Of a DNA stretch of 50,590 bases, positions 22,230-35,551 are shown piece after piece (the stretch's first letter is position 1; every line of letters begins with the position of its first letter). The DNA lies in the NCBI RefSeq assembly GCF_001194135.2, contig NC_068987.1, forward strand, positions 59,735,429-59,786,018, given 5' to 3'. This DNA is from Octopus bimaculoides (Eukaryota). Below the pieces are notes generated by a model that was given only the letters and a program-made list of their open reading frames with translations, made no database searches and had not been told where the DNA came from. The position numbers and the translations under genes are program-made.

Positions 22230-24385
22230 ATGGCGCCGCTAAACTCCTGTTCGAAAATATATATAATTTTCAAAGCGACACATTTCACTGATCTAATACT
22301 CAGAAACCTAATACTGAGAAGTCTAATTTCTCAAGATTGGTATTTAGGCAGCGTGTTACATATCACAGGGCCCCAATAATTACAGATATAAACCTGAACT
22401 TGTAATCTGGATAGAGTAACTGCCAATTTCTCAAGAGTTCAGCATAGGTGTTCTCTTCTTTACTGATCTTCAGCTTTATGTTAACATCCACTGGGCAGCT
22501 AATTTCCACAACTGTGCACAGTTTCTCTTCTCTATCTCAAATTATTACATCAGGTCTGTTTTGCTTACATTTTATTGAGGTCTTCACTGGTATATTCCAC
22601 CAGTATTCCTTTTTATTATGAGTGGCTATGAGTTTAACCATATTGTGGGTTCTTATGCCTTTGTCCTCGGGATTATCCTTCCGACGGATTTCGTTACAGA
22701 GTGTCCTAATTACTACAGTGATAACGTGATGACATTTTCAGACAACTCCTTATGATGTGTGTGATATCTTCATTGTGAACTCCACAAAGTCTGCATCGGT
22801 TCTTACATTTTACTGATTTTTTTGCGACTCTATTCCTTTTGTGCACCAGGTACTTGGTTGATATTTCCTGTTCCTGGATTGCAAATGCATACCCTTTCAA
22901 AGTGAGAGGTAGTAATCTGGCTATTGGTCCATAACAAACTGCTTTGATGATCGATGCTACTATCATTACAGAGCTTTGTACTGACATATCCATGCATAGT
23001 CTTCTGCTCATATAGGCTCATCCTTTCATCTGGTGATACGTTGCGGTAGAGTCGTGCGACTTCTTTGGGCATGTATACTATTTTATCAGAGTATCGCTCA
23101 AGAAGCTGCCTTCCAAGTTTTATGATGTTATCAGCCTCATGTATGCAAACTTGGTCAAGGGATGCATTTCGACATTTATTGGTTAAAAAATTTTGTCGAA
23201 TGGATATGATGCGACATTCGAAGGTATTTTGGATCGATGTTAAACCTCTGCCGCCTTGTTTTCGTTTTAGGTAGAAGCGGTCGACGTCACTGTTTATGTG
23301 GAAATTATGTATGCTTGTTAATATTTTTTAGATTTTCGCATCAACGGCTCGGATCTCACCAAGCGTCCAATCAAGCAGCCCAAATGTTAGTATGAGTACT
23401 GGCACTGCAAACACATTGTGGGCCACTGTTTTATTGAATGCAGAGAGTTGTGAGGTTCAAATTTTCTTTGTTTGGCAGTAATATTCTTTAGTGACACGTG
23501 TTTTGTTACAAGTGCCATTATAAGATATATTTTCGTCCACCCCCTAGACACCTATAACATTCCTCGTCAGATACAGGTGAAACAGTCAGATCACTAATGG
23601 AGATGTTACTTGTCTGGTTTATAGTTTTCCCCTTTTTCAAAACTATATGACATTTATCCTGACCAAACTCCAATCCTACAAGGCTCTTTTTCATCTCATG
23701 CATATTCTTTGCACAAAGTTTTAAGTCATCCACAAAGAAACAGCGTTTAATTTTGATATTTCTTTTTCCTTGTGAACCAGTGAGATATCCTTCAGACTTC
23801 CATAACATGGATGACAAGGGGTCTACAGAAAGTATTAACAACATCACAGAGAGGCTATCTCCTTGGAATATGCCTTTGCGATACTGTATTTTATCGGTGA
23901 TAATACAGTTACTTTTAGTGTTTAATCTCAAGATAGTGGCCTGCGATGAAGTCAGCTATGGTTTTGACTATTCTCACTGGAACTTTTGGCTATTTGAATG
24001 GCTTCTATCATCTATGAGTGGGTAACAAAGTCAAATGCTTTCTTGTAGTCTAGCCACATTGAAACTAGGTTCGACCTATGGTCTCGCACCCTGACATCAC
24101 AGTTTTGCTGATTAACAATTGCTCGGCACATCCCCAAAACTCTCTTCTTCCCAGCAGCTTGTTCTGCTGTGCTAATGTAATTGGTTTCACAACGGTCCTG
24201 GAGGAAGAGGTTTAAATATGCTGTATGTATCGTATACATGCAATTGGCCGGTAGTATTTTTGCCACGTTGGTGGCTCTGCATTTAGGGATAAATTTTGTC
24301 TCTGCCAGAGCTAACCAGTGTGGTATGCTACTGTTCCCAATGAAAGCTTGCTGGTACAGACTGATAAAATATAGTCAGTAGTATG
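22230..24385 (-). mobile_element. R4/Dong-clade RLE non-LTR retrotransposon (RT, zinc knuckle, RLE), frameshifted
   Basis: MWLDYKKAFDFVTHS, YRKGIFQGDSLSVMLLIL, FFVDDLKL, GYAFAIQEQEI and CRLCGVHNEDITHIIRSC, spread over several broken minus-strand ORFs. Confidence 0.92.
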
Positions 24386-25832
24386 TTAGCTTCTTGTACC
24401 AATATCCAGCAAACAAGTTTCTTGTATGTATGTATGTATGTATGTATGTATGCATGCATGTATGTATGTATGAATGGATGAATGTTAGACAAAGAGAGAG
24501 AATGAAGGTGCGAGGAAGCTATCCAAAGAAAATAAACCTCAGTGAGATTTGTATTCAGAACATAAAGGGGCGCAACGCCCTTCACACCTTTGAATCTGCC
24601 CTCCCTTGTAATGTTAATAAAATCTGAGGTGTTAAGTTTCTGATTCAGTTAATAAATTGGATTGAAATCAAATTCGGGTTGATTTGTACTTTCAACGTGT
24701 AGTACCAAAACAAAACGTTTCCGAGTATTTAATGATACCAACTGATTGATATTAGTTTTCAATATATTAATGAACTTAATATCTTGGCATCTTTATATAA
24801 ATATATAAAACTAACGACATCTATCCAGGGAAATCATCCTTTATCCCTCTCTTTTAATGACTAATTAAATATTTTATTTAGAGAGAAAACTTAAAACTTC
24901 ACTATACTTAGAAAAAAAGACGGCCTAAAAATATGGTTGCTAAGTAACTGTAAGCTCAAAAGAGAAGAGTAGATGTAGTTTTTCTATTTATTATTCTTGC
25001 TTTGCTTTCATTTTGTATATGTATTTTTTACGAAATAAATTTTCATCAATGTTTAATCAGATCTGTTGTTTGGCAACTGCACATAAAACGACATTAAAGA
25101 TGTTTACATTTTTTATTGTAAAATCTTAAGAAGACAATATTGCCGAGGAATAAAAAAAAGCTATCGGAATTTAGTTTGGTTCCTCTATTCACTAAGTTCA
25201 ACCTATTGGAGTTCAAACCTCTCTCTAGATTTAATGAACTATGTTCCTAGTCTAAAGTGGCGTCCATTTATTTATTCATAATACTGTGTCCTGTAAAGTA
25301 CGGAGCTATATACCACTGCATAAAATCGTCGTTATGGGTCTTATAAGAGAATGGAGAGATGCCAGAAACAGTGGGTCGCCAGACAATATGTTTTGATTTT
25401 GTGCCATCATAGTCCCAGTTAAAATATAGGCAAAGTGATCTTACTATCATTTTGTGGTCGATAATTAGGTACAGGTAATAATTAAGTACAGGTGTATAAC
25501 AGTGTCAGTTAAATATAAAATACCGCCTTCTTCTTGAAATAATTGGTCTTGTCTCTTATCAAACGAAGTCAATTAAAATATGCTTTATGAAGAGAAAATT
25601 CGATTTTCTTAGTATTATGTATTTAGTAATACAAAACTGAGAGATAATGATTGAGATAATCCACATTAGATACTAGGAAATACTAACTAAACGATGCAAA
25701 TAGCATTTGACAACACACGCATACAAACATAATCAAACAGGAAACATTGTTAAATATCCGCACCATTGCAAACCACGCACACACACATACAGATAGATAG
25801 ATAAACAGACAGAGAGACAGATAGATAGATAA

Positions 25833-25884
<52 letters not shown>

Positions 25885-27937
25885 GGGAGAGGGGAAGAGA
25901 GGCATATTCGTTATTTGTCTGCGTAAAAATATTGTACCCAAAGACAATAAAAGAAAATCTTAACTAATCAGTAATGTAAGAAGAATAAACCAATAATCTA
26001 ATTAAGCTTAATTGTTTTATGCTATCTTTTCTGCACGAAATATAACCACATTGAGGAAGTTTGTATGTGGTCTCTGGTCATTTGAACTCTAAAAAAATCA
26101 CTTAAATTTCAACCGAATCACGTTTTACTGGTTTTAAACTGACACAGCTAATGTCGCCCCGAGTGTACGATACCTGAAATGAAGACAGAATTGTTAGAGT
26201 TGAAACAAAGTTGACATCCACATAACTTGATCGAAGCTGTTCTTAGACCATAGCAATAGCCACAACACTGCAAACAAATGATATTTTCATATATTTTTCA
26301 ATAGACATATGTATGTCATGTATTTCCAGCTTTAGTTTCAGGTTGTATAACGATGGCAAGCATTGCAGTGCAGCGCTAAGCGTCGAACTATTCGGATCAC
26401 TGATTTGATTTTGATTATCTTCTGAAAATCTTTTTGCTGAATTTATGACGCTAGAATTGTCTCCAGCAAAAGCTGAAATGTTGCAGTTCCAAGTTACTTT
26501 GATTTTTATTTCATAACATTAGATTTTATGAGTAACTGGAGACGTCAAATGGAAGCTAGTAAGTCGTTTAAACTAGATGGATTACAGCTAGCACTGACGG
26601 TTACGTCACCATCGTGTAGTATATCTAGAACATGTCCACTTGTAGGAACGCATCTTGGACAAGCGATATTCTTAAGAGTATTTCAGCTCAGTCTGCATGT
26701 TCATGAAGCTCTCGCAATCTTTGTTATTTATGTAGTTTTCAGTATTCTCTACTCGTCCTGCCAAATCTCCAGAAATTACAAAACACCTTCGTATTCTACT
26801 CTTTTCTTTTCTACCGTTGTTGATAACCACCGACAGAAAGGAGAACTGAGACATTTGAGTATTAAGTGTATTGACCACAAACTTAGCGTGTAGCCATAAA
26901 CATAAAAACCACCAATACTATCGGTCATACACATAAATACGCAATATAATGAGAATTACGCTAGTGTAATTTTACTGGTTCATTATGACAGTATCAATGT
27001 AACTGGATCCATAAAACGGATATGGAAATAATAATTAAGTGAAATGATTTTGCCTGCTTAGAATGGTATAAATCACGTTCTCCATTAATAATCTATAATA
27101 AAGAGAAATATTACATAAATTGATTTAGTATGTTAATTTTAAATCAAAATAATAAACTAAAAGTATAAGAATAATGCATTTTCATTCGACCATAGAATAA
27201 ATATTCTAGTATGCCGGAAGTCCTGTTGTTAACCGGATTATAATGAATCTTATCATAGCTTGTACAATTCTGATTATTATTGAAATAAATATGATTCAGA
27301 GGAAACAAAACGTTAGAAATTCACATATATTTCCAAGATTTCATTGTTATTTTAACAAAGCCTTCAATTGTTCATTATTGTTATTATCATTATTATTATT
27401 TGATATACATTAGTTAATTGAATAGTTGTGAGGCTGTATGAAGATTCTAAATGACACGGCTAAATTAGATTACTTCGATCTAAAACGGTTATGTTTTTGT
27501 TTCTAATTTTGTGTACTGCTATTCTTTCTATATATTTTGTTTCTGATAATAACATCACATATATAATAATGTGAGGATTTATAGTCTGCGTTATAGTGTT
27601 TATTAATACTAGACATCTGTGCATATTTCATACTTTTATTTTTGATATAATTATTGATATTTTAAAGAAGTGAACTACTGGAAAATTTTTCCGGATATAT
27701 ACATATAATTTATTTGATAAATCATTATGCTCTACCTTGGTTTCAATTAGTTTCTCTTTCGTTCGTCAATAGTAACACACGCGCGCGCATGCGCACACGA
27801 TCGCGCGCACACATACACATATGTATATAACAACAACAGCGGCAATAATAATGATGATGATGATGGGTATATTGGGTTTCGTATATTTGTGCCCCAGTGT
27901 CATTCATTTTGATGGTATTGATTGCTTCCTCACTCAA

Positions 27938-27969
<32 letters not shown>

Positions 27970-27987
27970 ATAATAATAATAATAATA

Positions 27988-28203
27988 ATCCTTTTTTACT
28001 AAAGGCAAAAAACCTGAAATTTTGTGGGAGGGTACTAGTCATTACATCGACCCCAGTACTGAGCTGGTACTTAATTTATTGACCCCAAAAGGATGAAGGG
28101 CAATGTTAAGTTCGGCGGAATTTGAACTCAGGACTTGCAGACAGACGCAAAGCAGTTAAGCATTTCCCCCGGCGTGCTAACGATTCTGCCAGTTCACTGC
28201 CTT
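27988..28203 (-). mobile_element. SINE family B (tail type 2) embedded in AAT/AAC/TAC repeats
   Basis: Full head, centre and tail. (TAC)n(AAT)n at 27940-27988 and (AAT/AAC)n at 28204-28252. Confidence 0.9.
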
Positions 28204-28538
28204 CAATAATAATAACAATAAAAACAACAACAACAATAAGAATAATAATAATCGTTTATCCACCAGCGATTGTTAAAACGATTGCAACAACTTCCGTTGG
28301 AATATCTTTCTGATCTAGTTTCTGAATGCTTGACACACCGGGATTATTATTCCAGTACCCGGGGACCTGCATATTGATTCTATCTAGGTTGACCATGCAG
28401 ATCGCAAATTTGTGGTCGGTGTAGCCAACGACTTTGAACTGTAGACAACCTATGCTACTTCTATTTATTGGCCTACAGAATATACTATCTAAATACGATC
28501 TGGAAGACCCAATGCTGTTTGCCCATGTCCACATTGGC

Positions 28539-28540
<2 letters not shown>

Positions 28541-28609
<69 letters not shown>

Positions 28610-28630
28610 GTAATAATAATAGTAACAACA
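28541..28630. repeat. (AAT)n microsatellite
   Basis: About 30 near-perfect AAT units. Confidence 0.98.
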
Positions 28631-30906
28631 TACGAAATAAATTCTTGATTTTTTAAAATTCTCTCCACTTCAAGAGGGTATAGAATAATCACTCTGTGGT
28701 AATTGGTATCAAGTCCAAACGAGAAAAGGAATTTCTCTCAAAAATTGAAGGATTCTCAAAACTGATACGCTATTAAGGAAAAAGCTGTCTGATTGTCTGA
28801 AGACAAGAAGACGATTGTGGACCTGTGTGTCTGCTACTGTAGGCGTCATCAGCACAGCAATTCTCCTTCCTTGTGTTCGACAGAGGGGGCACTTAGACGT
28901 ATACAAAAAAGAGTAGAACACATTTTTGATCTACATAATTTGCATTAATGAGAGAAAACAAACAAAGAGGCATAGATCAGCGTGGAAAGACAGCAGTAAA
29001 CTTTAATAACAAATTTCAAGAACTAACTCAGTTATATACAGTTTACTCAAAGAATATTTTTTATCAGAATTTTCGACAATTTTCTTTACGATACAAAGAT
29101 TTACTTAGATTTAATATTTTATAGTTTTTGGTTGTTTTCATTCAAACATGTTTTGTCAAAAGTCACACAGATTTATATTTCATCGAGTTTATGCTAACAA
29201 TTTGTTTTGGAATTTAATGATTCGGATTATAAATATTCATAAATAAATTTACATATATTTTATAACTTGATATAAGGAAGTCCATTGCAGCAAGTTCAAA
29301 GGATGAGAGTCTAGATTTATTACTTAAATGAGCTGTTTTGTCTGGAAAGCCAGTATCGATTGAGTGGGTGACGTCAAATTCGTGGCAGGGATGGCTAGTT
29401 AAATGTGAACGAGGTTGATTTCTACAGTGGGCATGGAGATTGTGGAGCAGAAACGCAAAATTAGCATCTTCATCAGCAAGTATAGTAGTGGTGGTTGTGG
29501 CTGTTGCGACTTCGGTGGCACATATCTTTGCTGTTTTGGATGGCAAATTTTAATTCATCGTTGTATACGGTAAAAAGTATTCGAATGACCAGTGTGTTAT
29601 TAAGAAGATGATAAAATCGTTTTACATCACAAAGTCACCAATCATTTCCTGTTTCTGGGTTATAATTTGCTCATTCAAATATAGACCTTGAATAGAGCTG
29701 ATAATTATTTTTAGCAAAGATAAGATACTGACAAAGTTAATTGTGAAAATCATTCTTTCAGAATCCAATATTGAAATTTTCTGCACTAGTTGGTAAGAAT
29801 TGTATAAGTAAAACTTGTAAGCTTCGTTTATTCAAAGAAGATTATATGATACTGAGTTTTACGTTTTGTATTGACGTAAAAATCCATACCCTAGGTGTTT
29901 GGTTCGAGGTAAGTACTAGTAAATTAAAATATGGTGCCGAACAAATTGAATCATTATTTTACCTCTGAACATAATCATTCGTCGGGAAAGATGTTAGATT
30001 AGAAGACATGGGGGATGGGATCTAAAATTTCTGCACATTATTGGGCCTACGGAAGATTTAATGCCTCTGGAGAGATTGAATTCTTCGTCGCGATATGAAT
30101 AGGAAGAAATGGTGTTTAAACCTTTCCAAGAGGATCAACAAACTGAATTTTATGATTTATTTCAAAGCGAACCTTCTATCGTGTTTCAATATTCAAAGAA
30201 GATAAATACTAGCGTGCAAATGAAGGGAGAAACAGAAAAATGAAAGAGGAAATTAGTCAAAAGTTTTCCAAATCAAGTGAGTGCAGCTTGAAATGTAATA
30301 CTGGATCATAAATCGTTGATAACTCAGCATTCCTTGAAAAAAAAAAAAAAAAAAAGAAGAAAGGTAAAAAGAGAACAATTTCCCAAATATTTAAATCAAA
30401 GCATATGATTGGATTAAAAATCCATCATGGACTGAGGGCGGAAATTAACCGAAGTGAAAAAATGAAATCGTTTATTAGTGTTATAATAGTCCGAAAATAT
30501 CTCTCCAGTTTTTCTACCACTTATATTTCTGTTGGATTTTCAACAATGACAAATTTGAAAACACGGAAGCTTAAAAATGTTCGACGACGAAAAGCCGATT
30601 TTTCTTTCAAGCATTCCAACAAATATTCAAGAATTATATACTTCATATGAATCCTAGGTACCGAATTAAAATAGTAAGCACAGCTGCTATTTTGTTCAAC
30701 TAATTGAAATTAATATAATGTAATTACTATCTTCAGAATATCGTCTCCAGATAAACCATCTTGAACGTTGTTAGTAACTTTTATATTGATATAGCTGTAT
30801 GGTTAACATTTGTTATGCATGAATATAAGCATATGTCTTCTGCTAGAGTTCAGAACTTTGTGAGTAAATTTGGTACATGAAACTGTATGGAGGCCTGTCG
30901 TGTATG

Positions 30907-30920
30907 TATATCTATCTATA

Positions 30921-30978
<58 letters not shown>
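30907..30978. repeat. (TATC)n microsatellite directly abutting the Tx1-like LINE
   Basis: Direct reading of the sequence. Confidence 0.97.
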
Positions 30979-30979
<1 letters not shown>

Positions 30980-30980
<1 letters not shown>

Positions 30981-32737
30981 AAAGCACTAGCCATAGATAG
31001 AAACAGAGTAAAAGGCGACCTAGTTAAGAAGCTAGAAGAGGCGATTAGAAGTGGCATCGCATCCGACGTTTTGGCGGCGAGGTTGACCCTCGACGAACAC
31101 TTCAACGCCAAACACAAAGGGCGTGTTGTCAGGGCTAGGTTGCGTGCTCCAAGGAACGAAGGTGTTGGAGCCGCGCGAGAGGTCTGGGTGACGGAGGCGC
31201 CACAGGGCAACAAAGCCACCATTCGGTCTCTGGTTGATGAACAGGGGCGCGAATTACTTGATCCAAATAAAATGTGTGAGACCTTTCAATAGCCTTTTGC
31301 CCGACTGTTCGGGACAAGTGACGAGCGAGAACGCAGGGTGGACTTCAGTACCTACCTGTGCAGTATGCTACGACTCTTGACAAGAGAGGCAGAGTGCTGC
31401 GAAGATGCCATCACGGTGGCTGAAGTGCGCGATGCGATAGCAGAATGCTCGAGGGACAAATCGCCGGGTTTGGATGGTCTACCCTACGAGCTTTACAGTT
31501 GTATGCTAGACTTGTTTGGAGACGTCTTGGCAGCAGTGTACTGCTACTGGCAACAAAATGGAAGCATCCCCGGTTTTGTGAGCCGAGGAGCCGTAACGCT
31601 GCTGAAGAAAGATCCAAACAACAGGGACGTAATAGATAACTTTGGGCCTATCACCCTGCAGGTTTGAAAATTTTGTCCAAGGTGTTAGCCAAAAGGTTGG
31701 CGCTTGTCATCGAGAAACTGGTCGACAAGGCGTAAACGTGCGCCGTGCCGGGCCGGAGTATCCATTTGATGCGCTACATCATAGACAGGGTAGTTAAGGA
31801 ACCTGGCATGGGTGGGGCCCTGATCAATTTGGATCAATCCAAAGCTTTCGATAGGGTAGACCATCGATACTTAGAAGCTGTTCTCATAGCGGCTGGATAG
31901 TTGCCTTGTACAGAGGCATCCGTTGGGTAATTCGCGTGAATGGACATTTATCGAGACCTTTCGACATTGCACGTTCGGTCCGTCAGGGATGGCCACTCTC
32001 GTCGCTTCTGCACATATTGACTCTCGAGCCACTACTGCGGAAGCTAACGACGCTGAGGGGCATCCCGCGAAAATTGGGTGCGGGACGAGCGTGTCCGTAT
32101 AGGCGGACGACTTCACCGTCATAGTGCCTAGCCAGGAGCACATCGAGCTGGTCGGCGAGAGACACTGAAAGACTACAAAGCGGTAGCAGGAGCGAAAATC
32201 AACTGGGAAAAGTCAGTGGGCTTGCGGCTCAGCACCTGCAAAAGCAAGCCCATGCCGTCCACCAGCGCCTCCGTCGTGGGACGCTGGACCGACGGTCCGG
32301 TCGAGTTGCTCGGGGTCTGGTTTGGTCCGGACCTCCAAACGGAGAAGAACTGGAACGAGAGAACGAGTAGGGTAGTCACTCTCGCCTGGCAATGGGTCGA
32401 GAGGAAGCTGTCCCTAAAAGGTCGGGTGGAGATGACAAACACGTACATCGCGCCCGTCATCTACTACCGCCTGACCGTCGTGCCTTGTCGCGACCCTGCC
32501 ATCACCAAACTGGAACGCATATTCTTCCGCTTCTTGTGGAAAGGATGCGTTCTGATGGTCAGGCGATCCGTTTGCTGCCAACACCCGTTAAAAGGAGGAT
32601 TGGGCATGCCGTGGTTGATGATGNNNNNNNNNNTTGCTGCCAACACCCGTTAAAAGGAGGATTGGGCATGCCGTGGTTGATGATGCGCAGACACGCGCTG
32701 AGACTGCGACATCTCCGGCTCTACGTAGACGACGGAC
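30980..32737 (+). mobile_element. Tx1/L1-clade LINE ORF2 fragment (RT), GC-rich, with stops and frameshifts
   Basis: KSPGLDGLPYELY, GAVTLLKKDP...NFGPITL, KILSKVLAKRL, LINLDQSKAFDRVDHRYL, SVRQGWPLSSLL, ADDFTV, GAKINWEKS and WVERKLSLKGR. Confidence 0.92.
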
Positions 32738-33339
32738 CTACATTATTTTGCACATATCTGGTAACTGTGAACACATTTTACAAAAGGTGTTCAGAGAGCT
32801 TATCAGTCACACTGCCAAATCCTTTCGTTTCATCACGGAAGTTTTTATCGAGTGTCTTGTCTTTTTCGGTTAGGGCTAGCCATAATATGTAACACATAAC
32901 AAAGATGTCAAAAGTCAAGTGAGACTTGTACCCGAAATTCTTAAACGTGAAGAAGGGCCTTGCTAGGATCATCCCACTCTCTGAACCATGAATGTAGTTG
33001 CCTGAAAAGGACTAACCTACATCATTTGATACAATCCAGGTCACAAGTATTTCGTTTGTAATTTGCTTGTTGGAAAATGTCTAAACAAATCTTAGTGGGC
33101 CTCTCTTTCTCTGCTGTTGACTCTTACTTTAGTTCAACTGCCCTCTGAAAGTTTTGCTTTTCATCCCACAGGGCGTTCAACTACCCTTTTACCAAATATC
33201 CTTCATAAAGTTGTCGGTTTTATCGCCGACTGTTCCTCATGCGACAAGTTGTCCTGGATCACTTGTTACCAGCGCCAAGAATGACATACAAACACATATA
33301 CATACAAGCATACCAACATACAAATGCATACAAATACAT

Positions 33340-33412
33340 TCAGTGGGACTGAACCCCAAAATTCGCGGTTGCAAAGCGAACTCTTTAACCACACAACTAT
33401 TCCTATGCATAT
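33340..33412 (-). mobile_element. SINE family A head only
   Basis: CAGTGGGACTGAACCC and TTAACCACACAACT are the reverse complements of the B and A boxes. Confidence 0.7.
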
Positions 33413-33568
33413 CTACTTTGTATTTGACAAAGTTTGTGTGCATATGTCTATTTTCTCTTTAACTTCTTTCATTTGTATGTAGCTTATTCGTTCTCTGCTT
33501 CCATGATAGTGCTGAATCTATTTTCCTCATAGAAAGCATCTCTAGTTTCCATTTACCTTCACTTCTAG

Positions 33569-33599
<31 letters not shown>

Positions 33600-34057
33600 T
33601 CTCTCTCACTCTCTCTCTCTCTCTCTCTCTNNNNNNNNNNNNNNNNNNNNNNNNNNNNNNNNNNNNNNNNNNNNNNNNNNNNNNNNNNNNNNNNNNNNNN
33701 NNNNNNNNNNNNNNNNNNNNNNNNNNNNNNNNNNNNNNNNNNNNNNNNNNNNNNNNNNNNNNNNNNNNNNNNNNNNNNNNNNNNNNNNNNNNNNNNNNNN
33801 NNNNNNNNNNNNNNNNNNNNNNNNNNNNNNNNNNNNNNNNNNNNNNNNNNNNNNNNNNNNNNNNNNNNNNNNNNNNNNNNNNNNNNNNNNNNNNNNNNNN
33901 NNNNNNNNNNNNNNNNNNNNNNNNNNNNNNNNNNNNNNNNNNNNNNNNNNNNNNNNNNNNNNNNNNNNNNNNNNNNNNNNNNNNNNNNNNNNNNNNNNNN
34001 NNNNNNNNNNNNNNNNNNNNNNNNNNNNNNNNNNNNNNNNNNNNNNNNNNNNNNNNN

Positions 34058-34110
<53 letters not shown>

Positions 34111-34533
34111 GCTATTTCTGTTTCCCTTACATGCTTTCTTTTTCGTAATCTATTTCTGTTGTGTAGCAATGTTATAAGTTTAGCGTAACATATGATTATT
34201 GTCGAAATGCTGCTTATTTTAATGATAGGTGCATCATAACAACTACTTTTGTTTAACATAAGCAGGAAGTCAAATCGAACCAACAATAGACTTTTATGCT
34301 ACAGTTTTCCTTAAATTATAAAGTTTACTCATGCCATAAAGATTACTCTAAATTATATTTCTGTTACTAAACCTAAGGGGAAAATAACAACAAAAAAGAG
34401 GGTTAATACATATCTACATTTTGATCTGGTTAACAAAAAAGATTAATCTCAATGAAAATGATTCTATTATACTTGCAAATCTTCCAAACTACGTAAGAAG
34501 AAAGAGCACTTCGGTATTTTAAAAACCCAGATT

Positions 34534-34750
34534 AAAGAGGTGAGCTAGCAGAATCGTTAGCATGCCGGGCGAAATTCTGAGCGGTATTTTGTCTGCCACT
34601 ACGTTCTGAGTTCAAATTCCACCAAGGTTGACTTTGCCTTTCATCTTTTCGGGGTCGATAACTTAAGTGCCTGTTGAGTACTGGGGCCGATATAATCGAC
34701 TATCTCCCTCCCCTAAATTTCAGGCTTTGCGCTTATATTAGAAAGAATTG
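34534..34750 (+). mobile_element. SINE family B (tail type 2)
   Basis: GTGAGCTAGCAGAATCGTTAGC head, GAGTTCAAATTCC B box, AAATTTCAGGCTTTGCGC tail. Confidence 0.9.
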
Positions 34751-35410
34751 TTTAAGCTCAGATGGTGCATGCTCTCTGAGGTGACATCAACAAGAATTGA
34801 ATTTGCATAACAGACAATAAATGCACCAAATGGTTCAACACTGCATTCCTTTAACATTAACACGTTAGGACGGTATTGGATGCTAACGTCCTGGGTGCAT
34901 CTTTTGACAAGTTGAACGATCATGTTGAAGAATATTACCTGTCAAGGAAATAATTTTCTGTCCCACAAATTTTACCTTATCATTTCCGTTTTAGATATTT
35001 CAGAGAAGTATGAGATTTCACTTAATACTTAGAGCAACAGAGTGTTCGTCGTATATGTATGTATACTTCAACCGACTGATACACACACGCGCGCGCACGC
35101 ACACATATATTGAGAAACAGAACGCAGTCAGAATTTGGGATAATTCTTTATTAGCGCTTTCGTTCGTTTATCGGACTCGTCAAGAAAAAATCAATGTCAA
35201 AATAGTAAAAACAGAACGTTTCGTTGTTCATTTATATGAATCGGTTGCATTTTTGCTTTGTTTAGAAGTGGAGAATATTGTTTTCCATTTTTCGTTTTTG
35301 AAAACAAAAAAGAAAAGTAAAGAGGGGTGAATAGACAGAGAGATATGTTTCAGGCCAATCAAGAAAGAGGAGAAAAAGTAGTAAAAAATGGGGAAATGAT
35401 AGATAGATAA

Positions 35411-35448
<38 letters not shown>

Positions 35449-35518
35449 GGATATATAGATAGATAGACATACAAACAGACAGATGGACGGACAGAAAGCT
35501 AGCTAGTTAGATAGATGA

Positions 35519-35551
<33 letters not shown>

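Noticed and set aside
28814-28858. Minus-strand CTGATGA...GACAC...GTC hammerhead look-alike
   Set aside because: The core reads GACA instead of GAAA and helices II and III do not form; likely chance.
32573-32685. About 50-bp direct repeat on both sides of the 10-N gap in the Tx1 element
   Set aside because: Typical unmerged contig overlap, not a biological duplication.
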